From NCBI GenBank assembly GCA_947501605.1, contig CANMWZ010000002.1, positions 32,001 through 96,000 of the forward strand: a stretch of 64,000 nucleotides of DNA, read 5' to 3'. Within the stretch, counting starts at the first letter, position 1, and every line of letters starts with the position of its first letter. The notes beneath the pieces are model-generated. The model did not search any database, was not told where the DNA came from, and saw only the letters and a list, made by a program, of their open reading frames with translations. The position numbers were made by a program, and so were the translations under genes. Origin of the DNA: Planctomycetota bacterium (GTDB lineage: Bacteria > Planctomycetota > UBA1135 > UBA2386). This document shows, in pieces, positions 23,401-33,931 of the stretch.

Positions 23401-23874
23401 TCAGACGATCTGGCCGAGGAACACCATCACGAACAGCGCGACGGTCTCGATGATGCCGAGCGCCATCAGGTAGTTGCCAAAGCCCTTGCCAGTCTCGGCC
23501 ATGGCGTCCGCAGCAGCCGCCCCGATCCTGCCCTGGATCCACGCCGACAGGCCCATGGCGATGCCGCCGAACATGCCGATGCCAAGCATGGCTGGCCAGT
23601 TCGCGAGCGCGGCCATGTTGTCGCTACTGACATTGGCGACCTTGGCGACCATCCCGTTCATGAGAATCATGCCGTAGATCGTCTGCGACAGCGGTGCGCC
23701 GACGAACGTGACCAGGACGAAGGGCGCCGCCTTGTTCTGCGCGAAGCACTTCTTCCAGCTGCCCACCGCGGCCTGACCAGCCGCACCGACTCCGAGACAG
23801 CTCCCGACCGCGCCGAAAAACAGCGCCATCGATCCACCGAGCTTGCCCAGACTTGCCATCGTTTCGAGTTCCAA
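23401..23874 (-). CDS. atpK: V/A-type ATPase subunit K (4-TM proteolipid)
   Basis: [43 protein letters not shown] 6 nt before TTG 23874. Confidence 0.93.
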   Translation of the reverse strand: MELETMASLGKLGGSMALFFGAVGSCLGVGAAGQAAVGSWKKCFAQNKAAPFVLVTFVGAPLSQTIYGMILMNGMVAKVANVSSDNMAALANWPAMLGIGMFGGIAMGLSAWIQGRIGAAAADAMAETGKGFGNYLMALGIIETVALFVMVFLGQIV

Positions 23875-23876
23875 GA

Positions 23877-25733
23877 TCAAACCTCCGATCCGTTCGTTGC
23901 CGTCGTCGCGCGCGAACTCACAGCTGCGGCGGTGCGCCGGCCGAACGGCCGGTAGGGCACACCGCTCCACTGCAGCCCGAGATGCGCGGAGAATTCCAGG
24001 GTGTTGAGGCGTACGCCGTGCACGAGCACGGCCATCGCCGCCAAGAGAAGGTTCAAGGTGTGGCCGAAGATCGCGATGAACGCGGCCAGCAGATAGCCAG
24101 CACCACCGCCTGCGGCCGCATTCGCTGCCATCGCGTTGAATGACTGCGCCACGGCGACGCCGGCGCTGCCAACCGCGAACAGGCGCAGATAGCTGACCAC
24201 GTCGACGAAGTTCGAGACCAAGCTCAGGGGCAGCATGACGTGGTTGAACCACTCAGCCTTGATCAGCTTGATCGGCGTCATGAACAAAGCCACGGCAGCG
24301 ATCGCGACGACCGCAAGCGTCACGGTGTAGCTGGGAGCCTGTTCGCCCAACACCATGGTGCGAGCCAACAAGAACATCAGCCAAGTGCAACCGACCCAGC
24401 CGAGCTGGGCCAGCGCCTGCACGGTGCGCCCACACCGCAGCGCAGCCCAGAGGTGCGCCAGCGTCAGGTGCACGGCGCCGAGCACGAAGCACAGCAGCAT
24501 GATGTTCTTCGTGGCCGCGACTTTGTCGCCCTGTCCCGTTTGCTGGTCGATCGGTGCCAGCCAATCGATGCGCAGCGTGTCGAACACTGCCGGCAAGTTT
24601 GGCAGCGCAAACCACGTCGCGGTGATCGCGCCCCAGACCACCGTTGCCACCCCTGTCGTCAACAGGAGCCGTACGGCCTGTGGCACGCCCGCTGGTTTCG
24701 ATTTGGTCTTGTGCCACGCGACCGCACCCAGCACCACGAGCAGCACGCCGTAGCCGGCGTCGCCAATCAACATCGCGGCGAACAGCAGAAGGAACACCAG
24801 GAACAGCGAACTGACGTCGGCCTCGGCGTAGCCAGGAACGATCCCGATGCCCTGAAACACGGTGTGCACCTGGCGCACCCAGCTGGGCCCTTCGAGCAGA
24901 GTGGGGACGACGTCGTCGCCGTTGACATCCCGGATCAACATGGCGACCGCGTCACTGCGGAACGCCGTCAGCAGCGCTTCCTCGCGACTCTTCGGCACGA
25001 AACCCGTGAGCACGACAACCGGCCCGTTGGCGGCCAATCGTGCGCGTGCCTCTTGCCAATCGACGCGCTCCACCACCACGGCTCGGCTCGCCAATAGAGC
25101 CGTGCGCATCGGCGCCAATCGTCGCAGCTCCGCTGTCGCCGCCGTAGCCCTGGCCGAAAACGCTTCGATTTCCCGATCGACCGCCGCGAGCCCGCGCGCC
25201 GGCAGCGACAACGGCCGTAGATCGAGTTCGATGGGCTGACGCGACACGACGGCCACCGCGACCGTGCCGTCTTCGATCGAGAGTTCCTGCAACGATGCGC
25301 CGCTCGGCAGGTCCGGGGCGCTGCCTTTTGGGTAGGTGTACAGTTCGACAAAGACGCCGGCCTTACGCAGCGCGTGGACCTGGGCTGGTTCGAACAGGCC
25401 GAAGGGCGCGATCGCGCTCCGCTCCACGCCCAGTTGCACGAGGGCTCGATCGCACTCCGTCGCCTCGGCGGCCAGTGTCTTTACTTGGCGCGCCATGGCC
25501 AGCGGCTCGACAACGGCGGCCGTCGGGCTTTCCGTACTGGGCACATTGGCCAGGACGACCGTCGCGGCGTCGAGGAGTTCGAGGTCGGTGCGCGCGGCGG
25601 CGAGTTCGACCGGTTCGTTGCCTGCTGGCAGGGCGTCGAGGTGCAGCACGCCGGCATCGAACAACCGCTGCACGAGCGCATCGCGATCGCCGGTTGCCGC
25701 CAGCAGGGTCACCCTGCGCATCTTGGCGATCAT
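23877..25733 (-). CDS. atpI: V/A-type ATPase subunit I
   Basis: MIAKMRRVTL, MLIGDAGYG, DVVSYLRLFAVG, GH..N, VHGVRLNTLEF. Confidence 0.94.
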   Translation of the reverse strand: MIAKMRRVTLLAATGDRDALVQRLFDAGVLHLDALPAGNEPVELAAARTDLELLDAATVVLANVPSTESPTAAVVEPLAMARQVKTLAAEATECDRALVQLGVERSAIAPFGLFEPAQVHALRKAGVFVELYTYPKGSAPDLPSGASLQELSIEDGTVAVAVVSRQPIELDLRPLSLPARGLAAVDREIEAFSARATAATAELRRLAPMRTALLASRAVVVERVDWQEARARLAANGPVVVLTGFVPKSREEALLTAFRSDAVAMLIRDVNGDDVVPTLLEGPSWVRQVHTVFQGIGIVPGYAEADVSSLFLVFLLLFAAMLIGDAGYGVLLVVLGAVAWHKTKSKPAGVPQAVRLLLTTGVATVVWGAITATWFALPNLPAVFDTLRIDWLAPIDQQTGQGDKVAATKNIMLLCFVLGAVHLTLAHLWAALRCGRTVQALAQLGWVGCTWLMFLLARTMVLGEQAPSYTVTLAVVAIAAVALFMTPIKLIKAEWFNHVMLPLSLVSNFVDVVSYLRLFAVGSAGVAVAQSFNAMAANAAAGGGAGYLLAAFIAIFGHTLNLLLAAMAVLVHGVRLNTLEFSAHLGLQWSGVPYRPFGRRTAAAVSSRATTATNGSEV

Positions 25734-26335
25734 CGCGAAGTCTCCTGCTCGCTGGCGCGGCCCTTGGCGATCTTGCCGCGAGCCACGTCGAGCGTCATCG
25801 CGTCGCCGAGTGCGATGCGGATCTTGCGGATCCCGTCTTTGCACTCGGGGATCTTGACGCGTTCGAACAGGTTCACTCGCTGATTGGTGATCCGGAGTTC
25901 TTCGCCGAGCAAGCGCATCTGCTCTTGCAGGACTCGTCGCTCACAGAACAAGCGAAGGATCTCGGCAAGCAGATCGAGCGCGTCGTCATGCCACGACGGC
26001 GACGTGAGCAGAGACGGAGCCGTCCGCGCGATGTCCACCGTACGCAACACCGGGATCGTGACACCCGCGACGTTCTGGGGTTCGACGCGAAGCGCCGTGA
26101 CTCGAACCCACGGCGCAAAGTCGATGCCGTCGGCGAACAGACCCACCCAGCGCTCACAGGCGAGCAGCAGCGCCGCTTCGCGCTTGCTCGACTCCAAAAG
26201 GCGCGCCTCCGCTTGCCGCACTTCTGCCTGCAACTGCTGCTGCTTCAGTTGGAGAGTCGGCAGATAGCGCTGATAGCGCTTCAGCGCGTCGCGCTGTGCC
26301 TTCAGCTCGTTCTTGGTGTTCTTGACCTTCGCCAT
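25730..26335 (-). CDS. atpD: V/A-type ATPase subunit D
   Basis: MAKVKNTKNELK, YLPTLQLKQQQL, NVAGV, QRVNLFERVKIP. Confidence 0.94.
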   Translation of the reverse strand: MAKVKNTKNELKAQRDALKRYQRYLPTLQLKQQQLQAEVRQAEARLLESSKREAALLLACERWVGLFADGIDFAPWVRVTALRVEPQNVAGVTIPVLRTVDIARTAPSLLTSPSWHDDALDLLAEILRLFCERRVLQEQMRLLGEELRITNQRVNLFERVKIPECKDGIRKIRIALGDAMTLDVARGKIAKGRASEQETSR

Positions 26336-26351
26336 GGCCGGGATCCCGGGG

Positions 26352-27662
26352 TCACTTCTTCGGCCAGAACTTCTCGGCCAAACGCGACGGCACACCGGCC
26401 TCGGCCGGTTCGAAGCACGACGCCAGGATCTGCCAGCCCTTGTCGAGAGCCTGCTCCAACGGGACGTTGACCGTGAGGTCCATCATCTCGCGCTCGAACT
26501 GATCGCCGTAGTCGAGCAGCTTCTGATCCCAGGCGCTCGTCTTGAAGCCCATCGACCGCTTCTCACGCGCTTCTTTGCACGACGAGTAGAGCTGGATCAT
26601 GACGTTCATGATCGTGCGGTGGTCTTCGCGAGTCTTGCCGTTGACGAACTGCTTCAGTCGCGACAACGAACCGAACGGCTCGATGCGGCCGTTGCGCAAG
26701 TAGTACTGCCCCTCGGTGATGTAGCCCGTGTTGTCGGGCACCGGGTGCGTCACGTCGTCGCCTGGCATCGTCGTGACTGCGAGGATCGTGATCGAGCCGG
26801 CACTCTGGAAGTCGACGGCCTTCTCGTAGCGCGCCGCGAGCTGGCTATAGAGATCGCCTGGGTAGCCGCGGTTGCTGGGGATCTGCTCCATCGTGATGGC
26901 GATCTCCTTCAGCGCGTCGGCGTAGTTCGTCATGTCGGTCAGCAGGACCAACACGCGTTTCTTCTGCAGCGCGAACTGCTCGGCCACGGCAAGCGCCATG
27001 TCGGGCACCATCAGGCACTCGACGACCGGATCGGCCGCGGTGTGCACGAACATGACCGAACGCGCCAAGGCACCCTTCTGTTCGAGGGTCTCCTTGAAGA
27101 ACAGGTAGTCGTCGTACTTGAGGCCCATGCCGCCGAGCACGATCACGTCGACCTCGGCCTGCAGCGCGATACGGGACAGCAGCTGGTTGTAGGGCTCGCC
27201 GGCCACCGAGAAGATCGGCAGCTTCTGCGACTCGACCAGCGTGTTGAACACGTCGATCATCGGGATGCCAGTGCGCACCATGCGACGCGGAATGATGCGC
27301 TCACTCGGATTGACCGACGGGCCCGCGATCGGAACCATGTTCTGGGTCAGCACCGGCCCGTTGTCGCGCGGCACGCCGCTACCTGTGAACACGCGCCCGA
27401 GCAGCGCATCGGAGAACGACACTTCCATCGGCTTGCCGAGGAAGCGCACCTCCGCATCGGTAGAAATGCCGCGCGCACCCGCAAACACCTGCAAGAACAC
27501 GCGTCCTGCCTCGAGTCGGATCACCTGGGCGAGCGAGGAGCGCTGCTGCGCAGTGCCGGGCGCCGACGTGATCTGCGCGAGTTCGCGATAGCTGACATCA
27601 CTGGCAGCGACGGTGACGACGTTGCCGACGATCTGCTCGATCTTGGTGTAGACGGTCCTCAC
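26352..27662 (-). CDS. atpB: V/A-type ATPase subunit B
   Basis: [48 protein letters not shown]. Confidence 0.96.
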   Translation of the reverse strand: MRTVYTKIEQIVGNVVTVAASDVSYRELAQITSAPGTAQQRSSLAQVIRLEAGRVFLQVFAGARGISTDAEVRFLGKPMEVSFSDALLGRVFTGSGVPRDNGPVLTQNMVPIAGPSVNPSERIIPRRMVRTGIPMIDVFNTLVESQKLPIFSVAGEPYNQLLSRIALQAEVDVIVLGGMGLKYDDYLFFKETLEQKGALARSVMFVHTAADPVVECLMVPDMALAVAEQFALQKKRVLVLLTDMTNYADALKEIAITMEQIPSNRGYPGDLYSQLAARYEKAVDFQSAGSITILAVTTMPGDDVTHPVPDNTGYITEGQYYLRNGRIEPFGSLSRLKQFVNGKTREDHRTIMNVMIQLYSSCKEAREKRSMGFKTSAWDQKLLDYGDQFEREMMDLTVNVPLEQALDKGWQILASCFEPAEAGVPSRLAEKFWPKK

Positions 27663-29416
27663 GATGCACCTGCCTTGCTCGCTTCCCGCGTGCTGGTGAC
27701 CTCAGCGACCATCTGCCGGATCCGCTGTTCACCGGACTGAAACTCTGGCGCTCCGAACGGCGCGCGATTCCAGTCGATCATCGCCTGCAGCAACCGTTGG
27801 AAAAACGTGCGGGCCGCGTCCTTGTCATGGAAGTGGAGGTCCTTCTGCAGCACCTGGACCAAGAGGCCATAAACGTGCTTCTGGCGATCCCCGCCGGTCG
27901 AAGAATCGACGTCGTGGAAGGCGTCCTGCTGCAAGTAGGCCGCGTCGAGGAACTCGCCCTTGCAGTAGACGACGAAGTCCTGCATCGAGGTGCCCTCTTC
28001 GCCGACGACTTTCATCATCTGCTGCACGTCATTGCCGCGGCGAAGGAGCTTGCGGCCGAACTCGACGTCGGCGATCGGAACCAAGGAGGGGTACTTGCTC
28101 CAACTCTCCAACGGATGGATCGCCGGGTAGCGTCGCGCATCGGATCGTTCGCGCGACAAACCGTGGAAGGCGCCGACGACCTTGAGCGTCGCCTGCGTCA
28201 CTGGCTCTTCGAAGTTGCCACCGGCGGGGCTGACCGTTCCTCCGATCGTCACCGAACCGGTCGTGCCATCTCTCAGCTTGACGAGGCCACCGCGTTCGTA
28301 GAACGAAGCGATCACGGACTCCAGATAGGCTGGGAAGGCCTCTTCGCCTGGAATCTCCTCCAGACGACCTGAGACTTCGCGCAACGCCTGCGCCCAACGC
28401 GACGTGGAGTCTGCGAGCAACAGCACGTGCAGACCCATCTGCCGGTAGTACTCGGCAACCGTCACCGCGAGATAGACCGAAGCTTCGCGCGCGGCGACCG
28501 GCATCGACGAGGTGTTGCAGACGATCATCGTCCGCTCCATCAAGCTCTTGCCGGTGCGCGGGTCGATCAGTTCGGGGAACTCGCGCAGCGTCTCCACCAC
28601 CTCGCCAGCGCGCTCGCCGCAGGCCGCGACGATCACGATGTCCACGTCGGCGTTGCGACTCGTGATCTGCTGCAAAACCGTCTTGCCGGCGCCGAACGGA
28701 CCCGGCACGCAGTAGGTGCCGCCGCGGGCGACCGGGAAGAACGTGTCAACGATGCGAACCTGCGTGACCAGCGGGTCCTTCGGTCGCACGCGTTCCTGGT
28801 AGGCGCGGATCGGCAGCTTGACCGGCCAGCGCTGCATCATGCAAACCTCGTGCACGCCCCCGTTCAGATCCACAAGGCGCGCTACGACTTCTTCGACGGT
28901 GTAGTCCCCGCTCGGCGCAACCCACTGGACGGTGAGCGCGGCAGGATGGCCGAATGGCACCATCACGCGGTGCGCGAAGATTCCCTCTGGTACCGTGCCG
29001 ATGAGATCGCCGGCGATCAGCGATGAACCCACCACCGCCTTTGGCGTGAACCGCCACTGCTTCGTTCGATCGAGCGACGGCAGATATGTGCCGCGCTGCA
29101 AGAAGAAGCCGGTCTGCGCCGCCAGTTCCGGCAACGGGTTCTGCAGTCCATCGTAAACGCGACCGAGCAGTCCCGGGCCGAGCTCCGCCGACAGCATGGT
29201 CGACGTGAACTCGATGTCATCCCCGGCCCGCAGGCCCGTGGTGTCCTCGAACACCTGCATCTCGACGAACCGCCCGCGTACGCGGATCAACTCGGCCTTG
29301 AGTCGCAACGGACCCGTAGTCACGTAGACGACTTCGTTCTGCATTACGGCCCGATCCACCTCAGCAGTGACCAAGTTGCCGTTGACTCCGACGACCTTGC
29401 CTCGCGTGCTACTCAT
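27659..29416 (-). CDS. atpA: V/A-type ATPase catalytic subunit A
   Basis: [10 protein letters not shown] (P-loop), [38 protein letters not shown]. Confidence 0.97.
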   Translation of the reverse strand: MSSTRGKVVGVNGNLVTAEVDRAVMQNEVVYVTTGPLRLKAELIRVRGRFVEMQVFEDTTGLRAGDDIEFTSTMLSAELGPGLLGRVYDGLQNPLPELAAQTGFFLQRGTYLPSLDRTKQWRFTPKAVVGSSLIAGDLIGTVPEGIFAHRVMVPFGHPAALTVQWVAPSGDYTVEEVVARLVDLNGGVHEVCMMQRWPVKLPIRAYQERVRPKDPLVTQVRIVDTFFPVARGGTYCVPGPFGAGKTVLQQITSRNADVDIVIVAACGERAGEVVETLREFPELIDPRTGKSLMERTMIVCNTSSMPVAAREASVYLAVTVAEYYRQMGLHVLLLADSTSRWAQALREVSGRLEEIPGEEAFPAYLESVIASFYERGGLVKLRDGTTGSVTIGGTVSPAGGNFEEPVTQATLKVVGAFHGLSRERSDARRYPAIHPLESWSKYPSLVPIADVEFGRKLLRRGNDVQQMMKVVGEEGTSMQDFVVYCKGEFLDAAYLQQDAFHDVDSSTGGDRQKHVYGLLVQVLQKDLHFHDKDAARTFFQRLLQAMIDWNRAPFGAPEFQSGEQRIRQMVAEVTSTREASKAGAS

Positions 29417-29994
29417 GCGCCCGACTCCGTGGCTGCATCCATCGTGAACTCCATGCCGCCGAATCCGGCGAGCAACTGCTCGCGTTGCGCTGCGAGCGCC
29501 GTGCGCCCGCGCATGGTCGAACGTTCGTGCCATGCGCACACGAGTTCGAACCGCAACGCATAGGTAAACACCGTCGCCGAAGAGAACGGATCGAAGGCCG
29601 ACTCCGACTCGAGCCAACGCCAGCGAAGCCGGTCGAGCCGGCGCTCCCGCTCCATCGGATCTTCGGCCGCGAACGCATCGCGCACCTGATTCTGCAGCTC
29701 GAGGTTGAGCGAGCCGTGGTCCTCGGGCAGCTCGTCGTCGTGCAGGTCACTGGCTACGAGCGCCCGGCGCTCGGCGCGAACCCGCGCCACCAGCAACCGA
29801 AGTTGGCCGTCAAAGGCCTGCCAACGCGCCGCAAGGGCCGAACTGCCACCACCCGCCAGGATCGCGGACAACTCCGCTGCATCCTTGGCGGTGAGCTGCT
29901 CGCGCGCCTGCAGCATGAGAACCTCGCGATCCAGGGGCGGCGCGGCGAACAACTGCAGCGAGGGCCAACTCGCCAGCAGGTAGTAGTAGTTCAT
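29413..29994 (-). CDS. V-ATPase subunit C-like protein (DUF2764-type)
   Basis: MNYYYLLASWPSL..., DPMERERRLDRLRW...; lies between E and A with ATGA overlaps on both sides. Confidence 0.8.
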   Translation of the reverse strand: MNYYYLLASWPSLQLFAAPPLDREVLMLQAREQLTAKDAAELSAILAGGGSSALAARWQAFDGQLRLLVARVRAERRALVASDLHDDELPEDHGSLNLELQNQVRDAFAAEDPMERERRLDRLRWRWLESESAFDPFSSATVFTYALRFELVCAWHERSTMRGRTALAAQREQLLAGFGGMEFTMDAATESGA

Positions 29995-30626
29995 GACCGA
30001 CGCGCGCCCGTGTCGAGTGCGGCCTCGAGCACGATCGCTGCAATCTCCGGCGTGACCAACTCGGCCACGGCTTCCGCGATGGCCTTGTCGGTGAAATCGT
30101 GGGTCACCCCGCCCTGTCCCATCTTGATCTGAAAACCACGCCCGAGTCCGGGCTGCATGTGCAGCGTGATGCCGTGCATCAGGTGCTCGCGCAGGTTTTG
30201 AAGAACGGCCTCGGTCAGAGCCTTGTGCTGCGCTTCCCCGACCACGAGATCGAGCGCCCCACTGACGCGACCGCGCTCGACGAACGCGTCCATCAAGCGC
30301 TGCATCAGGGCCACCACGGTCGGACCGTCGAGCACGGCGGCAACCCGGTCGCCGACGAGCTTCTGGACCAGGCGCTCGATGCGTTGCCCGATGCTCAGCA
30401 GAATGTCGCGAGCGGCGTGCTGGAGGCTTGCCTTCGCGCGCTGGTCCAACCGCTGCGCCTCGACAGCCGCGCGCTCGGTGATCTGCTGGGCTTCCACCCG
30501 AGCAGCTTCGAGCACACGCGCAGCCTCGGCGCGGGCGATGCGAACGATTTCGTCGGCTTGCTGTTTGCCAGCATCGACGCCGTCCTGTTGCAGACGGGAG
30601 AGCAACGATTGCAGTTGGTCGGTCAT
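29991..30626 (-). CDS. atpE: V/A-type ATPase subunit E
   Basis: MTDQLQSLLSRLQQDGV..., coiled-coil N-half, GFQIK...HDFTD; first gene of the operon. Confidence 0.88.
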   Translation of the reverse strand: MTDQLQSLLSRLQQDGVDAGKQQADEIVRIARAEAARVLEAARVEAQQITERAAVEAQRLDQRAKASLQHAARDILLSIGQRIERLVQKLVGDRVAAVLDGPTVVALMQRLMDAFVERGRVSGALDLVVGEAQHKALTEAVLQNLREHLMHGITLHMQPGLGRGFQIKMGQGGVTHDFTDKAIAEAVAELVTPEIAAIVLEAALDTGARRS

Positions 30627-30795
30627 GGAGCGCGTGAGCTCACGAGCAGGCGAGAACACTAGCGATCCGACGACGGCGATGCAGCAGCACGTTGTGCATT
30701 CGCGCAGCATCGACCGCATGGGGAGTTCGACTTGAAGACAATCGCAGCGGCGCCGACTCCGCGTACGACCTCGCGGCAACGCTGTCGCAGCGGGA

Positions 30796-32376
30796 TCAAC
30801 CAGCCGCGAATCGCGCCGATCGCGGATCCGGAGCACCAATTCGGCGCGCGCGGCCGTTGGCGGCCAAGTGGCAGAGGATGGGCCAGCAGTCGGCGGCGTC
30901 GTCGCTGATGGCGGCGGCGAGTTCGAGTGTGGTCCGTGGCGCACTCGTGAGCGCTGCGTGCAGGCGCTGCTGCCGCGAAAGCACCAGTGCAGCGGCCTTC
31001 TTGCCCGCCTCGACGCCGGGTTGGTGGTAGGCGTTGACGTCGATGAGTTCGGCGTAGATCCCGACGGCGCGCTCGAACAAGGCCACGAGCGCCCCGAGCG
31101 CCCGTTCGTCCAAACGATCGATCGTCAAGGTCACGGAGGCGCGGCCATTCTCCAACAACGCGGCTCTGGTGCCCTGCCAGAAGCCATCGAGGTAGTCCCC
31201 CGCCGTCACTCCTGGCTCGACTTCGAACATGGCCAGGGCGCCGTCGCGATCCCGCAGCACCCGGACGAAGGTGGCGAAGAAGTCGTGACGCCCGTCTCTC
31301 AGTTGCTGGACGTAGGCGTGTTGGTCCGTCGAACCCTTGTTGCCATAGACGGCGAGCCCTTGGTGCACCACGCGGCCGGTTCGATCCTGCGCCTTACCCA
31401 GCGACTCCATGACGAGTTGCTGCAGGTAGCGCGACATCAGCAGCAACCGGTCCTTGTACGGGAGCACGACCATGGCACGCTCGCCGCGACCATTCCCCTG
31501 CGCGAACCAGAACGCCGCGAGCATCGCCGCCGGGTTCTGCCGCACGTCTTGGCTGCGATTCTGTTCGTCCATCGACGCCGCCCCGACCAAAAACGCACGC
31601 AGGTCCATGCCAACCAACGCGCCCGGCAGCAATCCGACCGCAGACGTCACGGAGGTGCGACCGCCGACCCAGTCCCACATCGGCAGAATGCAGCGCCACT
31701 GCGCCTTGGTCGCCAGCGCGTGCAGGGCACTGCCGTCCATCGTGATGGCGACAGCGTGCGCCGCGAACGGCAACTTCTGCGCGCCGAAGGCACGCTGCAC
31801 TTCCAGCATGCCGTTGCGGGTCTCCGGCGTGCCCCCAGACTTGCTGATGACCACGACCAACGCGTCCTGCAGCGAACCCAGTCGCTGCAACTCGCGGTCG
31901 ATCCCGTCGGGATCCGTATTGTCGAGTACGTGCAACGACAGCGCGCGCGGATCGCGACCCGCAAACGCGTCACCGAGCAGGAGCGGACCGAGGGCAGAGC
32001 CGCCAATGCCGCACAGCACGAGCTTCTTGAAGCGCACACCGGGGGCCGGCGCCTCTCGGCCGTCGAGCACCGCGGCGGCGAATTTCTCGATGCGAACCAG
32101 AGTGCCAACGATCTCGTCCTGCAGCGCATCCTGCGGCGCCAGCGCCGGGGCGCGAAGCCAGTAGTGGCCCACCATGCGACCTTCGTCGGCGTTGGCGACC
32201 GCGCCCTGGTCAACCCGCGCCATGGCGGCGAGGGCGTTGTGCAACGGCTGCGCCAACGCGCTCATCGTGCGCTCGTCGAGTTGCCCACACGAGAGGTCGA
32301 GTTCGACGAACGGATCGTCGAGGCATACGCGCCAGCGGCAGAGGTCTTCGAAACGGTCCGACTTCGTGGCGGTCAA
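30796..32376 (-). CDS. pgi: Glucose-6-phosphate isomerase
   Basis: GIGGSALG, ISKSGGTPET, WVGGRTS, MESLGK, GSTDQHAY, QPGVEAGK; TTG start with GGAG upstream. Confidence 0.96.
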   Translation of the reverse strand: MTATKSDRFEDLCRWRVCLDDPFVELDLSCGQLDERTMSALAQPLHNALAAMARVDQGAVANADEGRMVGHYWLRAPALAPQDALQDEIVGTLVRIEKFAAAVLDGREAPAPGVRFKKLVLCGIGGSALGPLLLGDAFAGRDPRALSLHVLDNTDPDGIDRELQRLGSLQDALVVVISKSGGTPETRNGMLEVQRAFGAQKLPFAAHAVAITMDGSALHALATKAQWRCILPMWDWVGGRTSVTSAVGLLPGALVGMDLRAFLVGAASMDEQNRSQDVRQNPAAMLAAFWFAQGNGRGERAMVVLPYKDRLLLMSRYLQQLVMESLGKAQDRTGRVVHQGLAVYGNKGSTDQHAYVQQLRDGRHDFFATFVRVLRDRDGALAMFEVEPGVTAGDYLDGFWQGTRAALLENGRASVTLTIDRLDERALGALVALFERAVGIYAELIDVNAYHQPGVEAGKKAAALVLSRQQRLHAALTSAPRTTLELAAAISDDAADCWPILCHLAANGRARRIGAPDPRSARFAAG

Positions 32377-32425
32377 GCGGTGGCTCCGTAGCTGCAATCG
32401 AAAGCGCGAATGGTAGTGTGCGCCG

Positions 32426-33841
32426 GTGGAACGCTCCATCGCGATCCTGCTGGTCCTCGCCGTGTATCTGGTCGCGATGCTCGCGATCGGCTGGTCGTCG
32501 CGGCGGTCCGCAGGCACAGCTTCATCCTTCTATCTCGGCGGCCGCCAACTCGGCCCATGGGTCGCAGCGCTCGCCGCCAATGCGTCCTCCTCTTCGGCAT
32601 GGAGTCTCGTCGGCGTCAGCGGCTTCGCGTATCTGCACGGCAAGGCTGCACTGTGGCTGATCCCCGGCTGCGTTGGCGGCTTCCTGCTCAACTGGTTCGT
32701 GGTCGCGCCACGCCTGCGCTCCGCAACCGGCGGGGCCATCACGCTGACAGAACTGCTAGCCGGCCCATCCGGACCGCCGTTCCGCCGCAGCTTCCTGGTC
32801 TTTGCCAGCGTGCTGACGCTCGCCTCGCTCCTGACCTACATCGCCGCGCAGATGCAGGCCGCCGGCGCGGCGTTCGTCTACACCTTCGAAGTCCCCCTGT
32901 GGCAAGGCGTGCTCGTCGGCGCCGTCTTGACCGTTCTCTACACGCTGCTTGGTGGCTACCTCGCGGCGAGCAGAACCGACATGGTACAAGGCCTCATGAT
33001 GGTCGCGGTGGCGGTGCTCGTGCCAGTGGTCGGAGTCGTCTCGATCGGTGGCGTCGGAGCACTGCTCGATGCGCTGGACGCCGTCGCAGGTACCTTCAAT
33101 GACCCGTTTGGCGGACGGCAGGGAGCCAGCGCGGTGGCCTTCGCCCTCGGCCTTTGCGGCATCGGCCTCGGCTACCCAGGCCAACCGCACGCGGTGAACA
33201 AGTACATGGGCATGTCGCCCACGGCCTCGATGCGAACAGCGCGGGTCGTCGGCATCAGCTGGGCCCTGCTGCTCTACCCAGGGATGATCGTGCTCGGCTG
33301 GCTGGTGCGGGTGCAGTGGCCGCTGGCTGCTGGCGCCCACGAAGACGCACTGTTCGTCGCGAGCCAGAACCTCCTGCCGCCGTGGCTCGATGGCCTCGTG
33401 CTCGCCGCCGTGTTGGCAGCGATCATGTCCACCGTGGACGGTCAACTGCTCGTCTGCGCGAGCACCGTGACGCACGACCTTCGACGCGACGACCGCGACT
33501 CGAGCGGGCAGGGCGCCCGCGCCACCGTGCTGGTCATCGGTGCGGGCGCGACAATCGCCGCGATGCTGGTACCGAAGAACATCTTCGACCACGTCCTCTT
33601 TGCCTGGGCAGCACTGGGGTCGGCGTTTGGACCACTGCTTCTTGTCCACCTGTGCCGCGGGCCGCTTCGCCCAGGCTGGGCACTGGCCAGTGCCATGACT
33701 GGTGGCCTTGGTGCCATCGTCGGCTTCTACGTGCCGGTGCTCAGCGCCGGCTTCGCCGACCGGGTGCTATCGTGGGCACTCGCGTTCGCCGTCGCGTGGC
33801 ACGGCGCGAGCCAATCGCTCGCACGACCCCATCGCAGGTGA
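32426..33841 (+). CDS. putP: Sodium:solute (proline-type) symporter
   Basis: FYLGGRQLGPWV, SAWSLVGVSG, YTLLGGYLA...TD, GYPGQPH, AAIMSTVD. Confidence 0.88.
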   Translation: MERSIAILLVLAVYLVAMLAIGWSSRRSAGTASSFYLGGRQLGPWVAALAANASSSSAWSLVGVSGFAYLHGKAALWLIPGCVGGFLLNWFVVAPRLRSATGGAITLTELLAGPSGPPFRRSFLVFASVLTLASLLTYIAAQMQAAGAAFVYTFEVPLWQGVLVGAVLTVLYTLLGGYLAASRTDMVQGLMMVAVAVLVPVVGVVSIGGVGALLDALDAVAGTFNDPFGGRQGASAVAFALGLCGIGLGYPGQPHAVNKYMGMSPTASMRTARVVGISWALLLYPGMIVLGWLVRVQWPLAAGAHEDALFVASQNLLPPWLDGLVLAAVLAAIMSTVDGQLLVCASTVTHDLRRDDRDSSGQGARATVLVIGAGATIAAMLVPKNIFDHVLFAWAALGSAFGPLLLVHLCRGPLRPGWALASAMTGGLGAIVGFYVPVLSAGFADRVLSWALAFAVAWHGASQSLARPHRR

Positions 33842-33931
33842 TGCAGCGCGCAGGTGCAAGCTAGGCGCACAGGCGACCCCGGTCTCCCTGGCAGCGCCGA
33901 CGCGACGGCACTCCAGACGAGGCCACCAAGG

